From a virus (lineage: Duplodnaviria > Caudoviricetes), in the IMG/VR virus record IMGVR_UViG_3300006033_000029, positions 1 through 61,769 of that record: 61,769 bases of DNA; one strand, written 5' to 3'. Shown piece after piece: positions 46,296-54,543 of this stretch (position 1 is the stretch's first letter; every line of letters starts with the position of its first letter). The translations under genes were made by a program, and so were the position numbers. The notes beneath the pieces were generated by a model. The model was given only the letters and a program-made list of their open reading frames with translations, was not told the origin of the DNA and did not search any database.

Positions 46296-46984
46296 AGCAC
46301 CACCTCTTCGTCCATGTCACCGGCCAATGGGTGAGTCTCGTCGGCCTCGGCCATACGGATTGCATCAGTGTAGATGTCCTCTTGGAGCCCATCCATGACC
46401 GCTCTGATCAGTTTGTATTGATCGGGCGTGATGCCAGTCATCCGTTCGAGTTGATCGGGGACGAGTTGGAGACGCTCGCGGATCGAGAGCAGGTACTCGC
46501 TGAACTTCGCCAGCACCTCTGACGTGTGCCAAAGTTCCCCTTCTTCCTGCATCACGCGGTTGCGGGCGCGTCTGGCTTGCCACAACTTGAGGCGCAGATC
46601 GTCGGGGAGATCATCGTCCTTGATGCTGCGTAAGAACTCCGCAGTGTCCACCTTCGGGTCGACCAGGTATGCAGCGGCGTCGGCCACCAAATAGAGCGGG
46701 TTGCCGTGCGCCCCGACGTCGATCGGGCGGCAGTCCTTCAGGCGGCGCTTCACCTGGTGCTCAGTCATGCCGAACACGAGCGCCAACCAGCGAACCGGCA
46801 CACCCTGCTTGATCTGGTAGACGCCACGGTAGGAGAGGTCCACGTCGCCATCTTCTTCGCCCTTCGGAGGTGGCAGCAGGGAAGGGTCGATCTTGCGCGG
46901 TCGCCCAGGACCACGGCGCGGCGGTGCCGTCACGACGCCCGCCAATTCGTCAATCTCGCGGCGGCGGTCTTCAGGCATCATCAA
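46292..46984 (-). CDS. terS: Terminase small subunit (Chi-like)
   Basis: Directly upstream of terL; wHTH-like WLALVFGMTEHQVKRRL; AAAYLVDP; GELWHT. Confidence 0.8.
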   Translation of the reverse strand: MMMPEDRRREIDELAGVVTAPPRRGPGRPRKIDPSLLPPPKGEEDGDVDLSYRGVYQIKQGVPVRWLALVFGMTEHQVKRRLKDCRPIDVGAHGNPLYLVADAAAYLVDPKVDTAEFLRSIKDDDLPDDLRLKLWQARRARNRVMQEEGELWHTSEVLAKFSEYLLSIRERLQLVPDQLERMTGITPDQYKLIRAVMDGLQEDIYTDAIRMAEADETHPLAGDMDEEVVL

Positions 46985-48528
46985 CAGATTTCCCAGATGT
47001 TGAAGGCCCGCCCGATGCGCCTGGCTTCAACACTAATGCTGTTCGGCTGCACACCGGCGATGCTGACGATACGGTTGTTCATCATCTCCACATAGTCGGG
47101 GTTCAGTTCGCACAGGATGCCCCTGCGCCCATGTTTCAGAGCCACGCCTGCGGTCGTGCCGCTGCCGCCGAACGGGTCCAGCACCGTGCCGCCAGATGGG
47201 CAACCGGCAAGGATGCACGGCTCTATCAGGTCGGGCGGGAAGGTCGCGAAGTGCGCACCCTCGAAGGGCTTGGTCGTGACGGTCCAGACGCTGCGGCGGT
47301 TGCGCTTTGTGAAGTCATCACCGTCACGACGCTGGCCGGACTTCCATTCCGCACGACCATCGAGCTGCTTCGCACCGGCGCTGGTGTACGGACGCCGTGG
47401 ATCGTTTGTGACGCTCGGCTCCTTAATCGCCTCGGCATCGAAGTAATACCTCGGCGACTTCGAGAGCAGGAAGATGTACTCGTGCGCCTTGGTGCAGCGG
47501 TCGCTCACGCTTTCCGGCATCGGGTTCGGCTTGTGCCAGATGATGTCCTGTCGAAGGAACCAGCCCGGCTCGAAAGCGGACGGCGGCTCGATCAACCACG
47601 ATGGTATGTCCACAGATGCACGCTGGTTGAGCGAGGAAAGCAGATCAGTCAGCACCTTCCTCTTGTCGCGAGTGGCGTCACGCTGCGGCGAGTGCCCTAG
47701 CCTTTTGGCATCAGCCATCAGTAAAAGCAGGTTGTAGGCCACCATCGCTTGGCGCTTTTTCTCGATCAGATAGGGGTAGATTTCCCGCAGGATCAGCGTC
47801 TTGTTTTCGATCCCATGAACTATCCATCGCCAAGTCGGACGCTTGCCAATATGGCCGTCGCCGGGAACATCATGCTCACTCCGGCTGGCTGGCCAGATGC
47901 GCGCGGCTTCTTCCAGCAGGGCGCGGGAACTGTTCGTTATGGTGATGTGAACGCCGGTCCTCGGGCGCCCATCATCTGCCCGAACGTGGTGAAACCCGCA
48001 GATGGTCCCTTCTCCGTCGATCATTGCCGCGAGCCAAACACGGTCACGTTCGCGAGTGATCTTGCCTGTGTAGTATGGATCGCGCAGAGCCGTTGCGACT
48101 GCCCACGGGATGCCGATCAGGTCTTTGTGCTTCAGCCCGATGGCGGGGGCGTTGCGTGTAGGGTTGTATCCGTCGTGACGGCCGCGGTTGACGTTCGCAC
48201 CATCAGCAGCCTTGCCGCTTTTCCCGCCTGCCAGCGTTTCGGCGGGCTGGTGAGTGCCGCCGCGCGCAGCCGCATGGGCGCTGTAGCTATCCCCCAGGTT
48301 CAGCCACAGCGTACCGTCATCGCGCAGCACGCGCCGCACCTCGCGGAACACCTCGACCAGCCGCGCCACGAAGGCGTCGGGCGTTGCCTCAAGCCCGATC
48401 TGGCCCTCGTGCCCGTAATCCCGCAGACCGAAGTAAGGTGGGCTGGTGACGCAGGTATGGACGCACTTATCAGGCAGATGACGCAGCGATTCGATGCAGT
48501 CGCCGATGGAAATCAGGACGCTACTCAT
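46981..48528 (-). CDS. Beta-class N4C/N6A DNA methyltransferase with an in-frame LAGLIDADG insertion
   Basis: VTSPPYFGLRDY, KDLIGIPW, WFLRQDIIWHKPNPMPES, HFATFP, LDPFGGSGTT. Confidence 0.93.
   Translation of the reverse strand: MSSVLISIGDCIESLRHLPDKCVHTCVTSPPYFGLRDYGHEGQIGLEATPDAFVARLVEVFREVRRVLRDDGTLWLNLGDSYSAHAAARGGTHQPAETLAGGKSGKAADGANVNRGRHDGYNPTRNAPAIGLKHKDLIGIPWAVATALRDPYYTGKITRERDRVWLAAMIDGEGTICGFHHVRADDGRPRTGVHITITNSSRALLEEAARIWPASRSEHDVPGDGHIGKRPTWRWIVHGIENKTLILREIYPYLIEKKRQAMVAYNLLLLMADAKRLGHSPQRDATRDKRKVLTDLLSSLNQRASVDIPSWLIEPPSAFEPGWFLRQDIIWHKPNPMPESVSDRCTKAHEYIFLLSKSPRYYFDAEAIKEPSVTNDPRRPYTSAGAKQLDGRAEWKSGQRRDGDDFTKRNRRSVWTVTTKPFEGAHFATFPPDLIEPCILAGCPSGGTVLDPFGGSGTTAGVALKHGRRGILCELNPDYVEMMNNRIVSIAGVQPNSISVEARRIGRAFNIWEIC
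47569..48078 (-). mobile_element. ~170-aa single-motif LAGLIDADG homing endonuclease domain, in frame, no intein motifs
   Basis: WLAAMIDGEGTI...ITNSS...WRWIV...LREIYPYLIEKKRQA, lying between ALR and GWFLR of the MTase. Confidence 0.85.
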
Positions 48529-48755
48529 CAGGCCAACTCGTGACTATCGCGTTTCCGTTTGGGCTTGCTGCCCATCTTGTCGCCGAGCCATTGCTCGACC
48601 TGGTTCTTATGCCACAGGGGTGCTCTGCCGATGTAGATCGGCTCAGGAACTCGACCATCCTTGACATGTCGCCACAGCGTCGTCTTCGACATGCGGAACA
48701 GCGACATCATGTCGGCACTGTCGAGCATCTGAAGATGAGAGTTTTCGGGTTTCAC
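48528..48755 (-). CDS. AlpA/excisionase-like HTH protein ending PKRKRDSHELA
   Basis: MSKTTLWRHVKDGRVPEPIYIG..PLW. GTG start after AGGTGG. Confidence 0.85.
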   Translation of the reverse strand: MKPENSHLQMLDSADMMSLFRMSKTTLWRHVKDGRVPEPIYIGRAPLWHKNQVEQWLGDKMGSKPKRKRDSHELA

Positions 48756-48794
48756 AGGGTTCCACCTAGTAGCATTTGCCGTCACCAAGACCCT

Positions 48795-48831
48795 ATCAGC
48801 CGAAAAGTGATTGTGCAACCCTTCGGGTGAT
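48795..48831 (-). promoter_or_regulatory. Tandem operators within a probable promoter
   Basis: ATCAG-N7-GTGAT (48795) and GCAAC-N7-GTGAT (48815). The minus strand reads TTGCAC-N17-TAGGGT. Same 20-bp spacing as at 44118. Confidence 0.72.
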
Positions 48832-48842
48832 CATTTATTAGG

Positions 48843-51299
48843 TCAGCGGTGATTTGCTGAAGTCTTTCGTCTGCCTAACAATTTCAGGCGAAGATCCGCC
48901 ATAATCTCGTCTTGTGTGATGGCCCGATCCTGCAATTTTGGAAGAATATCATCATCATAGGTGCCCTTGGCGATGATGTGGCGGATGGTGACCGGCCTCG
49001 TTTGCCCTGGGCGGTGCAGACGCTTGTTCATCTGCTGATAGGTTTCCAGATCATGAGTCAACCCATACCAGACGAGTATGTTCCCGCCGAACTGAATATT
49101 CTGACCATGTCCCACAGATTGTGGGTGCGCGAGCAACAGGTCGATCTTGCCGGCGTTCCAATCGGCCTTCGTTTTCCTGACGTCACCCTCTCCAAAGACC
49201 ACCGCTTTCTTGAATTTCTTCCTGATTCGATCGAGGTCGAACTTGAAGTTATAGGCCACCAGGACGGGCGCACCGTCGGCTTCATTGACGATCTCTTCGA
49301 GGGCTTCCAGCTTCTTGTCGTGGATCCAGACGTCACGTCCGTTCTCGTCATACATGCTGCCGTTGCAGTTATGCACAATCAGAGGGCCGCGCGATCCTCT
49401 GACGACATACCGGTTTCTCGGCCCACAGTCGGCGATGTCATAGACTTTCGATCTACGGGTTTGAACAATCTCTGTCCGCGAAGGCCCCTCCTGAACCTCC
49501 TGTAGAAAGTCTGATATTCCAAACCCGCCTTCTCTGCTGCTTCCGCTAGACAGATCGTACCCCACGGACTCTCGACATGCACGTTGACTCGGGTGTTCCG
49601 CAACTGCTGTTTCTCCGTCACCCATCGGTAGTTCTGCGCCGAATACGGCTCGTTGTTGTTCACCCTGTCGATGGACAAATTGTCCGCGTATCCAACTCTC
49701 ACATCTTCCCAGAACGCCTCGAAAGATTCGAACCACGCTTGAGGCATGTCGATCCCACGACCCCCATAGTTCTTGAAATCCTTGGCCAAAGGATCCCGGC
49801 AACGAGACTTCATGAGCGTCCAAATCCGGTAGGGCCTGGTGCCAGTCATACCGTGACCATTTACACCTCTGCTCACAGTTTTCCCGTGCTTGCAGCCGCA
49901 GTTCGGAGTGGCTGTGGGTCGATGTGGCAAACGAAGATTCTGACTGATCCGAACTACTTCCTTCCCGCAGTCGCAACGGCACAGCCAGGTGGCCTTCTTC
50001 GTAGAAGTTGCCGTCGACCCGTGTCTCGACAAAACCGTCAGGTAACCGAACTTCATGCCGGTCAAATCTTTCGCAGGATGCGCCATCGAGAATCTCTTCT
50101 GCCTTCTTCCAACCTTCTACAGTAAGAATAAGATGCTCTTTGGTCATATCAACGCCAAAGCAAGGAATAACTTCCTTTTCTCCTTGGTAAAGGAGACCGC
50201 CATGAGCGACAAACTGCTCCCCATCCCATATGAGGTCAGTCGCCCCAATACTTTCGATTGGCTTCCATCCGTCTCTGGTAAGAACATCAGTACCTTCGGC
50301 GATGCAGAACTGCAGCAGTTTGCCCGCCAGCACGCCCCGGTTCACAGCCTCGATGTCATAGGCTTCGGAGACCAACGTCTTCTTGAACGCTTGGTATTCT
50401 TCCATCGCCTTGCGAGGCAGCGTGACGCGAACATCGTTGATCAGCAGCGGCGGCAAATCGGGGTAGAGTTCTGGGTCGAGCGTGAACATGATGTCGCTCA
50501 TGCGCTCAGTAATCTCCCTCTGTGCATGAGGCTTTGGCGTCAGATTCCAGCCCATGTAGTCCTTGTCGAACCACCGCTCCTCGAACTTCGTGCGAGACGA
50601 CCCGAGGCGCTCCCCGAGGTCGGCGATATAGGCCAAGCCCCACATGTTCCGCAGCCCTTTGGGCGTCGGCGTGCCAGTCATCAGAACGATACGCTTGACA
50701 AACTTCCGAGCCTTCGCAGCCGCGCCGAAGATACTGATCTCCTTCGTGGCGGTGCGCTTCTTCCCGTTCTTGAAAACGCTCGCCTCGTCGACGATCATCA
50801 TGTCGTAAGGCCACTTCTTCTCGAAGTGCTTCCAAAGCCAGGGCAGACCCTCCTTGTTGATGATGTGGACCTCGGCGCCATCCGAGACCAAGCGCCGACG
50901 CTTCCACTCCTTCGCTCTCGTTCGGTGCCGACCGGCCCACTTGGACGCCTCTGCTGCCGGAAGACCTGCGATCTTGGCGATCTCATAGGCGTCCTTGTAG
51001 GCACGCACGATGTCCTCGTCGTCATCTTCGGCCCTGATGAGCGTCCAGTCGATGTGGTTCAAGTGCTTCCAATCAGCGAACTCATCCGGATAGGTGGCCG
51101 TGGCGACCAGCATGGGCGCGACGATCAGCACTTTCTTGACGATGCCATCTTCGAGCAGGTCGTCGGCAGCGGTGAGCACGGTGACGCTTTTTCCGGCCCC
51201 CATCTGCCATCCGAGGATGGTGATCTCGTTCTCATATATTTGCCGAATTCCCCACTTTTGGAATGAGCGAAGCTGACTGCGCTTGATGCCGTTGGTCAC
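48843..51299 (-). CDS. SNF2-like superfamily 2 helicase containing an intein
   Basis: MGAGKS, IVDEAS, MTGTP, KLLQF|intein|CNG, GHGQNIQ, RLHRPGQ. Confidence 0.93.
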   Translation of the reverse strand: MTNGIKRSQLRSFQKWGIRQIYENEITILGWQMGAGKSVTVLTAADDLLEDGIVKKVLIVAPMLVATATYPDEFADWKHLNHIDWTLIRAEDDDEDIVRAYKDAYEIAKIAGLPAAEASKWAGRHRTRAKEWKRRRLVSDGAEVHIINKEGLPWLWKHFEKKWPYDMMIVDEASVFKNGKKRTATKEISIFGAAAKARKFVKRIVLMTGTPTPKGLRNMWGLAYIADLGERLGSSRTKFEERWFDKDYMGWNLTPKPHAQREITERMSDIMFTLDPELYPDLPPLLINDVRVTLPRKAMEEYQAFKKTLVSEAYDIEAVNRGVLAGKLLQFCIAEGTDVLTRDGWKPIESIGATDLIWDGEQFVAHGGLLYQGEKEVIPCFGVDMTKEHLILTVEGWKKAEEILDGASCERFDRHEVRLPDGFVETRVDGNFYEEGHLAVPLRLREGSSSDQSESSFATSTHSHSELRLQARENCEQRCKWSRYDWHQALPDLDAHEVSLPGSFGQGFQELWGSWDRHASSVVRIFRGVLGRCESWIRGQFVHRQGEQQRAVFGAELPMGDGETAVAEHPSQRACRESVGYDLSSGSSREGGFGISDFLQEVQEGPSRTEIVQTRRSKVYDIADCGPRNRYVVRGSRGPLIVHNCNGSMYDENGRDVWIHDKKLEALEEIVNEADGAPVLVAYNFKFDLDRIRKKFKKAVVFGEGDVRKTKADWNAGKIDLLLAHPQSVGHGQNIQFGGNILVWYGLTHDLETYQQMNKRLHRPGQTRPVTIRHIIAKGTYDDDILPKLQDRAITQDEIMADLRLKLLGRRKTSANHR
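49368..50306 (-). mobile_element. 313-aa intein in the helicase
   Basis: Block A CIAEGTDVLTRDG, block B MTKEHLILT, block F VYDIADCGPRNRYVV, block G LIVHN|C. Confidence 0.92.
49379..50086 (-). CDS. HNH homing endonuclease nested in the +1 frame of the helicase intein
   Basis: DLTGMKFGYLTV, WLCRCDCG, NCGC, HGMTGTRPYRIW..MKSRC, KNYGGRGI, SIDRVNNNEPYSAQNYRW, QLRN, C-terminal HTH-like segment. Confidence 0.9.
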   Translation of the reverse strand: MAHPAKDLTGMKFGYLTVLSRHGSTATSTKKATWLCRCDCGKEVVRISQNLRLPHRPTATPNCGCKHGKTVSRGVNGHGMTGTRPYRIWTLMKSRCRDPLAKDFKNYGGRGIDMPQAWFESFEAFWEDVRVGYADNLSIDRVNNNEPYSAQNYRWVTEKQQLRNTRVNVHVESPWGTICLAEAAEKAGLEYQTFYRRFRRGLRGQRLFKPVDRKSMTSPTVGRETGMSSEDRAAL

Positions 51300-51571
51300 T
51301 CGAACAGCGCCCTCCCGGCATCAATGCTGTCAATGACATGGACCTCGAAGCCGAGGTCGCGCAGCCGGGCGATCTCGCGCTCCTGATGCGGCTCTGGTTT
51401 CTTCCCCCGGGCTTTGAACTCCACGATGATCAGTCGCGCACCTGGGCCGAAGAACCAGCGATCGGGGCTCCCGGCGCGATTCATGTAGACGACCTTCCGC
51501 TGCATGAATCCTGCCGACTCGGCGATCTTGCAGACCGTACGCTCAATGTGGGATTCAAGGACGCCCATCAC
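51296..51571 (-). CDS. VRR-NUC domain nuclease
   Basis: LESHIE, GSPDR, VEFKA, HQEREI. Confidence 0.9.
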   Translation of the reverse strand: MMGVLESHIERTVCKIAESAGFMQRKVVYMNRAGSPDRWFFGPGARLIIVEFKARGKKPEPHQEREIARLRDLGFEVHVIDSIDAGRALFE

Positions 51572-53652
51572 AGTTCCTCGTAATAGCCGATGTCTTCGAG
51601 GATACGCCGAGCCTCACGCACATACCATGCAAAATCAACGTCTTCGGGGAACTCGTCCGGAAGATCCATGATGGGGCGGGCACCATCACTCTTCGGCACG
51701 CGGTTCAAGCTGTCCTTGTAGTGAATGGCCCCGTTGCCACAGGTCGACTGATACCAGCGAATGGCCTTGCCGAGGTAGTGCGCATCACCGGCGTCGAAGC
51801 GCGCGCCAGGCTTGAGCAGTTGCCCCCGTTTTCCGCGCCGCTCGAACTCGATCTCTTTGACGTTCCAGATCGCCCCACCCTTCACAGTGCGCACAGTGAC
51901 GAATTTGCGAATGTCACGGCACTCGCGGATGGTCTTGGAGACAGGCGTGCCGGTGGAAAGAAACGTCGCTACTGCTTCGGCGCAGATGTCCATCGTCGGG
52001 TTCTTCTTCTCTTCCAGACCAGACTTCGCGTAGGCACCCTTGCGCTTGACGCCGCCATCAGGCTTCAGCGCATAGTAGTTGTTCACATCCCTACTGTAGA
52101 TCGCGATATACTCTACGCTTTCCATCTCGAAGCCTGTCTCTTTCTCCCAGCGTTTGATGATAGACTTCATCTCGTCTAGGCGTTTGCGCGGGCACTTTAT
52201 CACGATGCCGTCAGTGTTCCCGCTGACGACGGAAATGCCCGCCAGTTCCAACCACTCAATCAGCATCAGCAGCGCCAACTGACCGGTCAGCGTCACGGTA
52301 ATCAGCAGGTTCGGGGAGAACAGCGCAGACCAACGCGAGCCCAGCTTCCCGAAGGCGCCGTTGATCATGATCTTGCCACCTTCATTGGCGACCTTCTGCT
52401 GGTGCGCTTCAGCCTTCAGTTCGGCCAGACGTTCCACGATCAGTTCACTCTGGCGGTCGACCTGTTCGATCTGCGCCTGTAACGCCTTGATCTCTTTCTC
52501 AAGTTCCTTCTGCTTCGCCTTTGCCGCTAGGCGGCGATCGACAATGCTTCGGTAGACCTTGAGGAACACCTTCCCCATCGTCTCCGGGTAGAGCCCGAGG
52601 GTTAGGATGATGTTCGGGTAGTAGGATGCCACGTCGGCGTCGATCAGCACATATTCATCATCGGAGTGGTGGACGGCGCGCTTCTCGGAAGAGTGCAGAC
52701 CACCGATGCCCATGCGGTAGACAGAGGTGCCGAGCCGCAGAGCGCCCTCGCGGTTGTCCTCCTCGTCCTCGTTCAGGTGACCGATCGTCTCGCCCATCTG
52801 CTCGAAGGTGATCTCGGCATCAGACAAGAAGTCTGGCATCTGCACCTTGCCGCTGTAGGACAGCTTGAACTCCCAAGCCTCGATCGTGTCGAGGAGATCG
52901 TTCAGGTGCTCGTTCTCGAAGCGGATGTAGTCAGGCGCGCGGTACTTGAAGGGCTTGATGTTCGCGAGGTCGGGCTTCTTCGGCGCGGTGCCGGTGATCT
53001 GCTCGACGCGCTTCTTGATGACCGCCTCAGCCACCTGAGCGTCGGACTTCGAGCGAAGGTCCATGCCATATTCGCGGGAGAGTTCTGTGCGCAGCGCGAT
53101 CTGCTCGGACAGGCTCAAATACAGGTCTTTCGTGGCCTGAAGGTCGTTCTTCCAGTACCGGTAGACCTCTTCCTTCTGGTCCTCAGTGAGGATCGCCTCG
53201 GGGTCGATCGGCAAGTCCTGCATCCGCTTGCCGTGGATGCGACCATTGTAGATCTTCAGGCTCGCCTTGCCGGGGGCGACCTCGATCAAGTCGATGTGGT
53301 CGAGTTTCTTGGGGATCTCGATTTCCCAATCGCGCTCGATGTCCCACGCCTTCTGCTGAACAAAATCTCCGTTCTTCCCCCGCTTACCGACGACGATCTC
53401 GTTCGCGAGACGCTTCAGCGCCTTCGCCGCGAATCCCTTGAGCGCGGCGAACAAGATCAGTATGTCGAACCCTCGGCTGTTGAAGCCGACGATCAGGTTT
53501 TTCATCACCAGACGACGAATCGCATTGCGATCTTCGAGCGATAGCGGTTCTTCGAACTCCCACGACCAGATCTCGTCGGTCTGGAAGTCCATGAAGCCGA
53601 TCAAGCAGTAGTTCTCGTAGATCTCGATGTCGTGGATCAGTGTTCGCTTCAC
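51568..53652 (-). CDS. DNA polymerase, family B-like, with 3'-5' exonuclease
   Basis: Exonuclease motifs HDIE, GFNSRGFD, YWKND. Polymerase motifs DVASYYP, KIMINGAFGK, NTDG. Confidence 0.9.
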   Translation of the reverse strand: MKRTLIHDIEIYENYCLIGFMDFQTDEIWSWEFEEPLSLEDRNAIRRLVMKNLIVGFNSRGFDILILFAALKGFAAKALKRLANEIVVGKRGKNGDFVQQKAWDIERDWEIEIPKKLDHIDLIEVAPGKASLKIYNGRIHGKRMQDLPIDPEAILTEDQKEEVYRYWKNDLQATKDLYLSLSEQIALRTELSREYGMDLRSKSDAQVAEAVIKKRVEQITGTAPKKPDLANIKPFKYRAPDYIRFENEHLNDLLDTIEAWEFKLSYSGKVQMPDFLSDAEITFEQMGETIGHLNEDEEDNREGALRLGTSVYRMGIGGLHSSEKRAVHHSDDEYVLIDADVASYYPNIILTLGLYPETMGKVFLKVYRSIVDRRLAAKAKQKELEKEIKALQAQIEQVDRQSELIVERLAELKAEAHQQKVANEGGKIMINGAFGKLGSRWSALFSPNLLITVTLTGQLALLMLIEWLELAGISVVSGNTDGIVIKCPRKRLDEMKSIIKRWEKETGFEMESVEYIAIYSRDVNNYYALKPDGGVKRKGAYAKSGLEEKKNPTMDICAEAVATFLSTGTPVSKTIRECRDIRKFVTVRTVKGGAIWNVKEIEFERRGKRGQLLKPGARFDAGDAHYLGKAIRWYQSTCGNGAIHYKDSLNRVPKSDGARPIMDLPDEFPEDVDFAWYVREARRILEDIGYYEEL

Positions 53653-53700
53653 GTCGCACCAAAGGTTTGACCCCCGGTGCTACCGAGGGTCAGTGTCGTG

Positions 53701-54543
53701 TCAGGCCACGTCCTCGTCGCGGCTGCGACGGCGCCGGGGTGCCGGCTCGTCGTCTTCATCATCGCGGCTGCGGCGGCGAGGAGCCCGATCTTCGTCCTCG
53801 TCACGGGACCGACGCTTCGGACGTTCTTCCTCATCTTCATCATCGCGGCTGCGGCGGCGAGGAGCCCGCTCTTCATCTTCATCTTCGTCTTCATCGTCGC
53901 GGCTGCGGCGCTTCGGACGTTCATCCTCGTCGTCATCGCGGGACTTGGAACGGCGGCTCGGCCGTTCATCCTCGTCATCGTCCTCGAAGTCGTCGGCGTC
54001 GATCGGCGCGGCACCGAACGCTTCGCCGTCAGCGCGGAACTTCACCCCTTCGAGGCTGGCGTTGATGCGCTTTCCGTACTTGTTGTCCTGACCCCAGACG
54101 CGGACGATCATGTCGACGTAGCATCCGGCGTAGGGAGCACCCTCCTCACCCTCACGCACGTCCTGGCCGTCAACATCGAGGACGCGCGGCTTCCTCGCGT
54201 TGGATGCGGTGACGTACATCATGCCCTCGTAGCCTTCCTTCATCTCCTCAAGGTCTTCGGAGTCCTTCAGGCAGATCTTCGTCGGAGAGAACTTCGGAGC
54301 ACCCTTCGGCCATGTGGTCCTCTTCACATGCTCGATCGCGTCTTCCAGCTTGGCGATGTTCACCTTGCCGATCTTCGTGGTGGGGTCCATCAGTGCCACC
54401 GCGCTGAACTTCGGCTCGCCCGAACTGTCGCCACCGTCGCTGCCGCCAAATACCTTGGCCTTGTAGATGGACGGGTAGGAGAGACGGACGTTCTTCAGCA
54501 GAACTCGCGCCGGATCCTTCTTCTTCTTCTCGGTCATGTTCAA
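53701..54543 (-). CDS. Single-stranded DNA-binding protein (DUF2815-like) with a long mixed-charge repeat tail
   Basis: NVRLSYPSI, PKFS, YAGCYV, NKYGKRINASLEGVKF..DGEAFG. Confidence 0.9.
   Translation of the reverse strand: MNMTEKKKKDPARVLLKNVRLSYPSIYKAKVFGGSDGGDSSGEPKFSAVALMDPTTKIGKVNIAKLEDAIEHVKRTTWPKGAPKFSPTKICLKDSEDLEEMKEGYEGMMYVTASNARKPRVLDVDGQDVREGEEGAPYAGCYVDMIVRVWGQDNKYGKRINASLEGVKFRADGEAFGAAPIDADDFEDDDEDERPSRRSKSRDDDEDERPKRRSRDDEDEDEDEERAPRRRSRDDEDEEERPKRRSRDEDEDRAPRRRSRDDEDDEPAPRRRRSRDEDVA

Noticed and set aside
47569-48078. Third intein, in the methyltransferase
   Set aside because: Lacks block A, TxxH and the terminal Asn plus nucleophile; reported instead as a non-splicing insertion.
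48528-48755. Integration/excision module implied by the AlpA/Xis-like gene
   Set aside because: No tyrosine or serine recombinase and no ParA/ParB recognised; a temperate lifestyle is not supported beyond the operator array.
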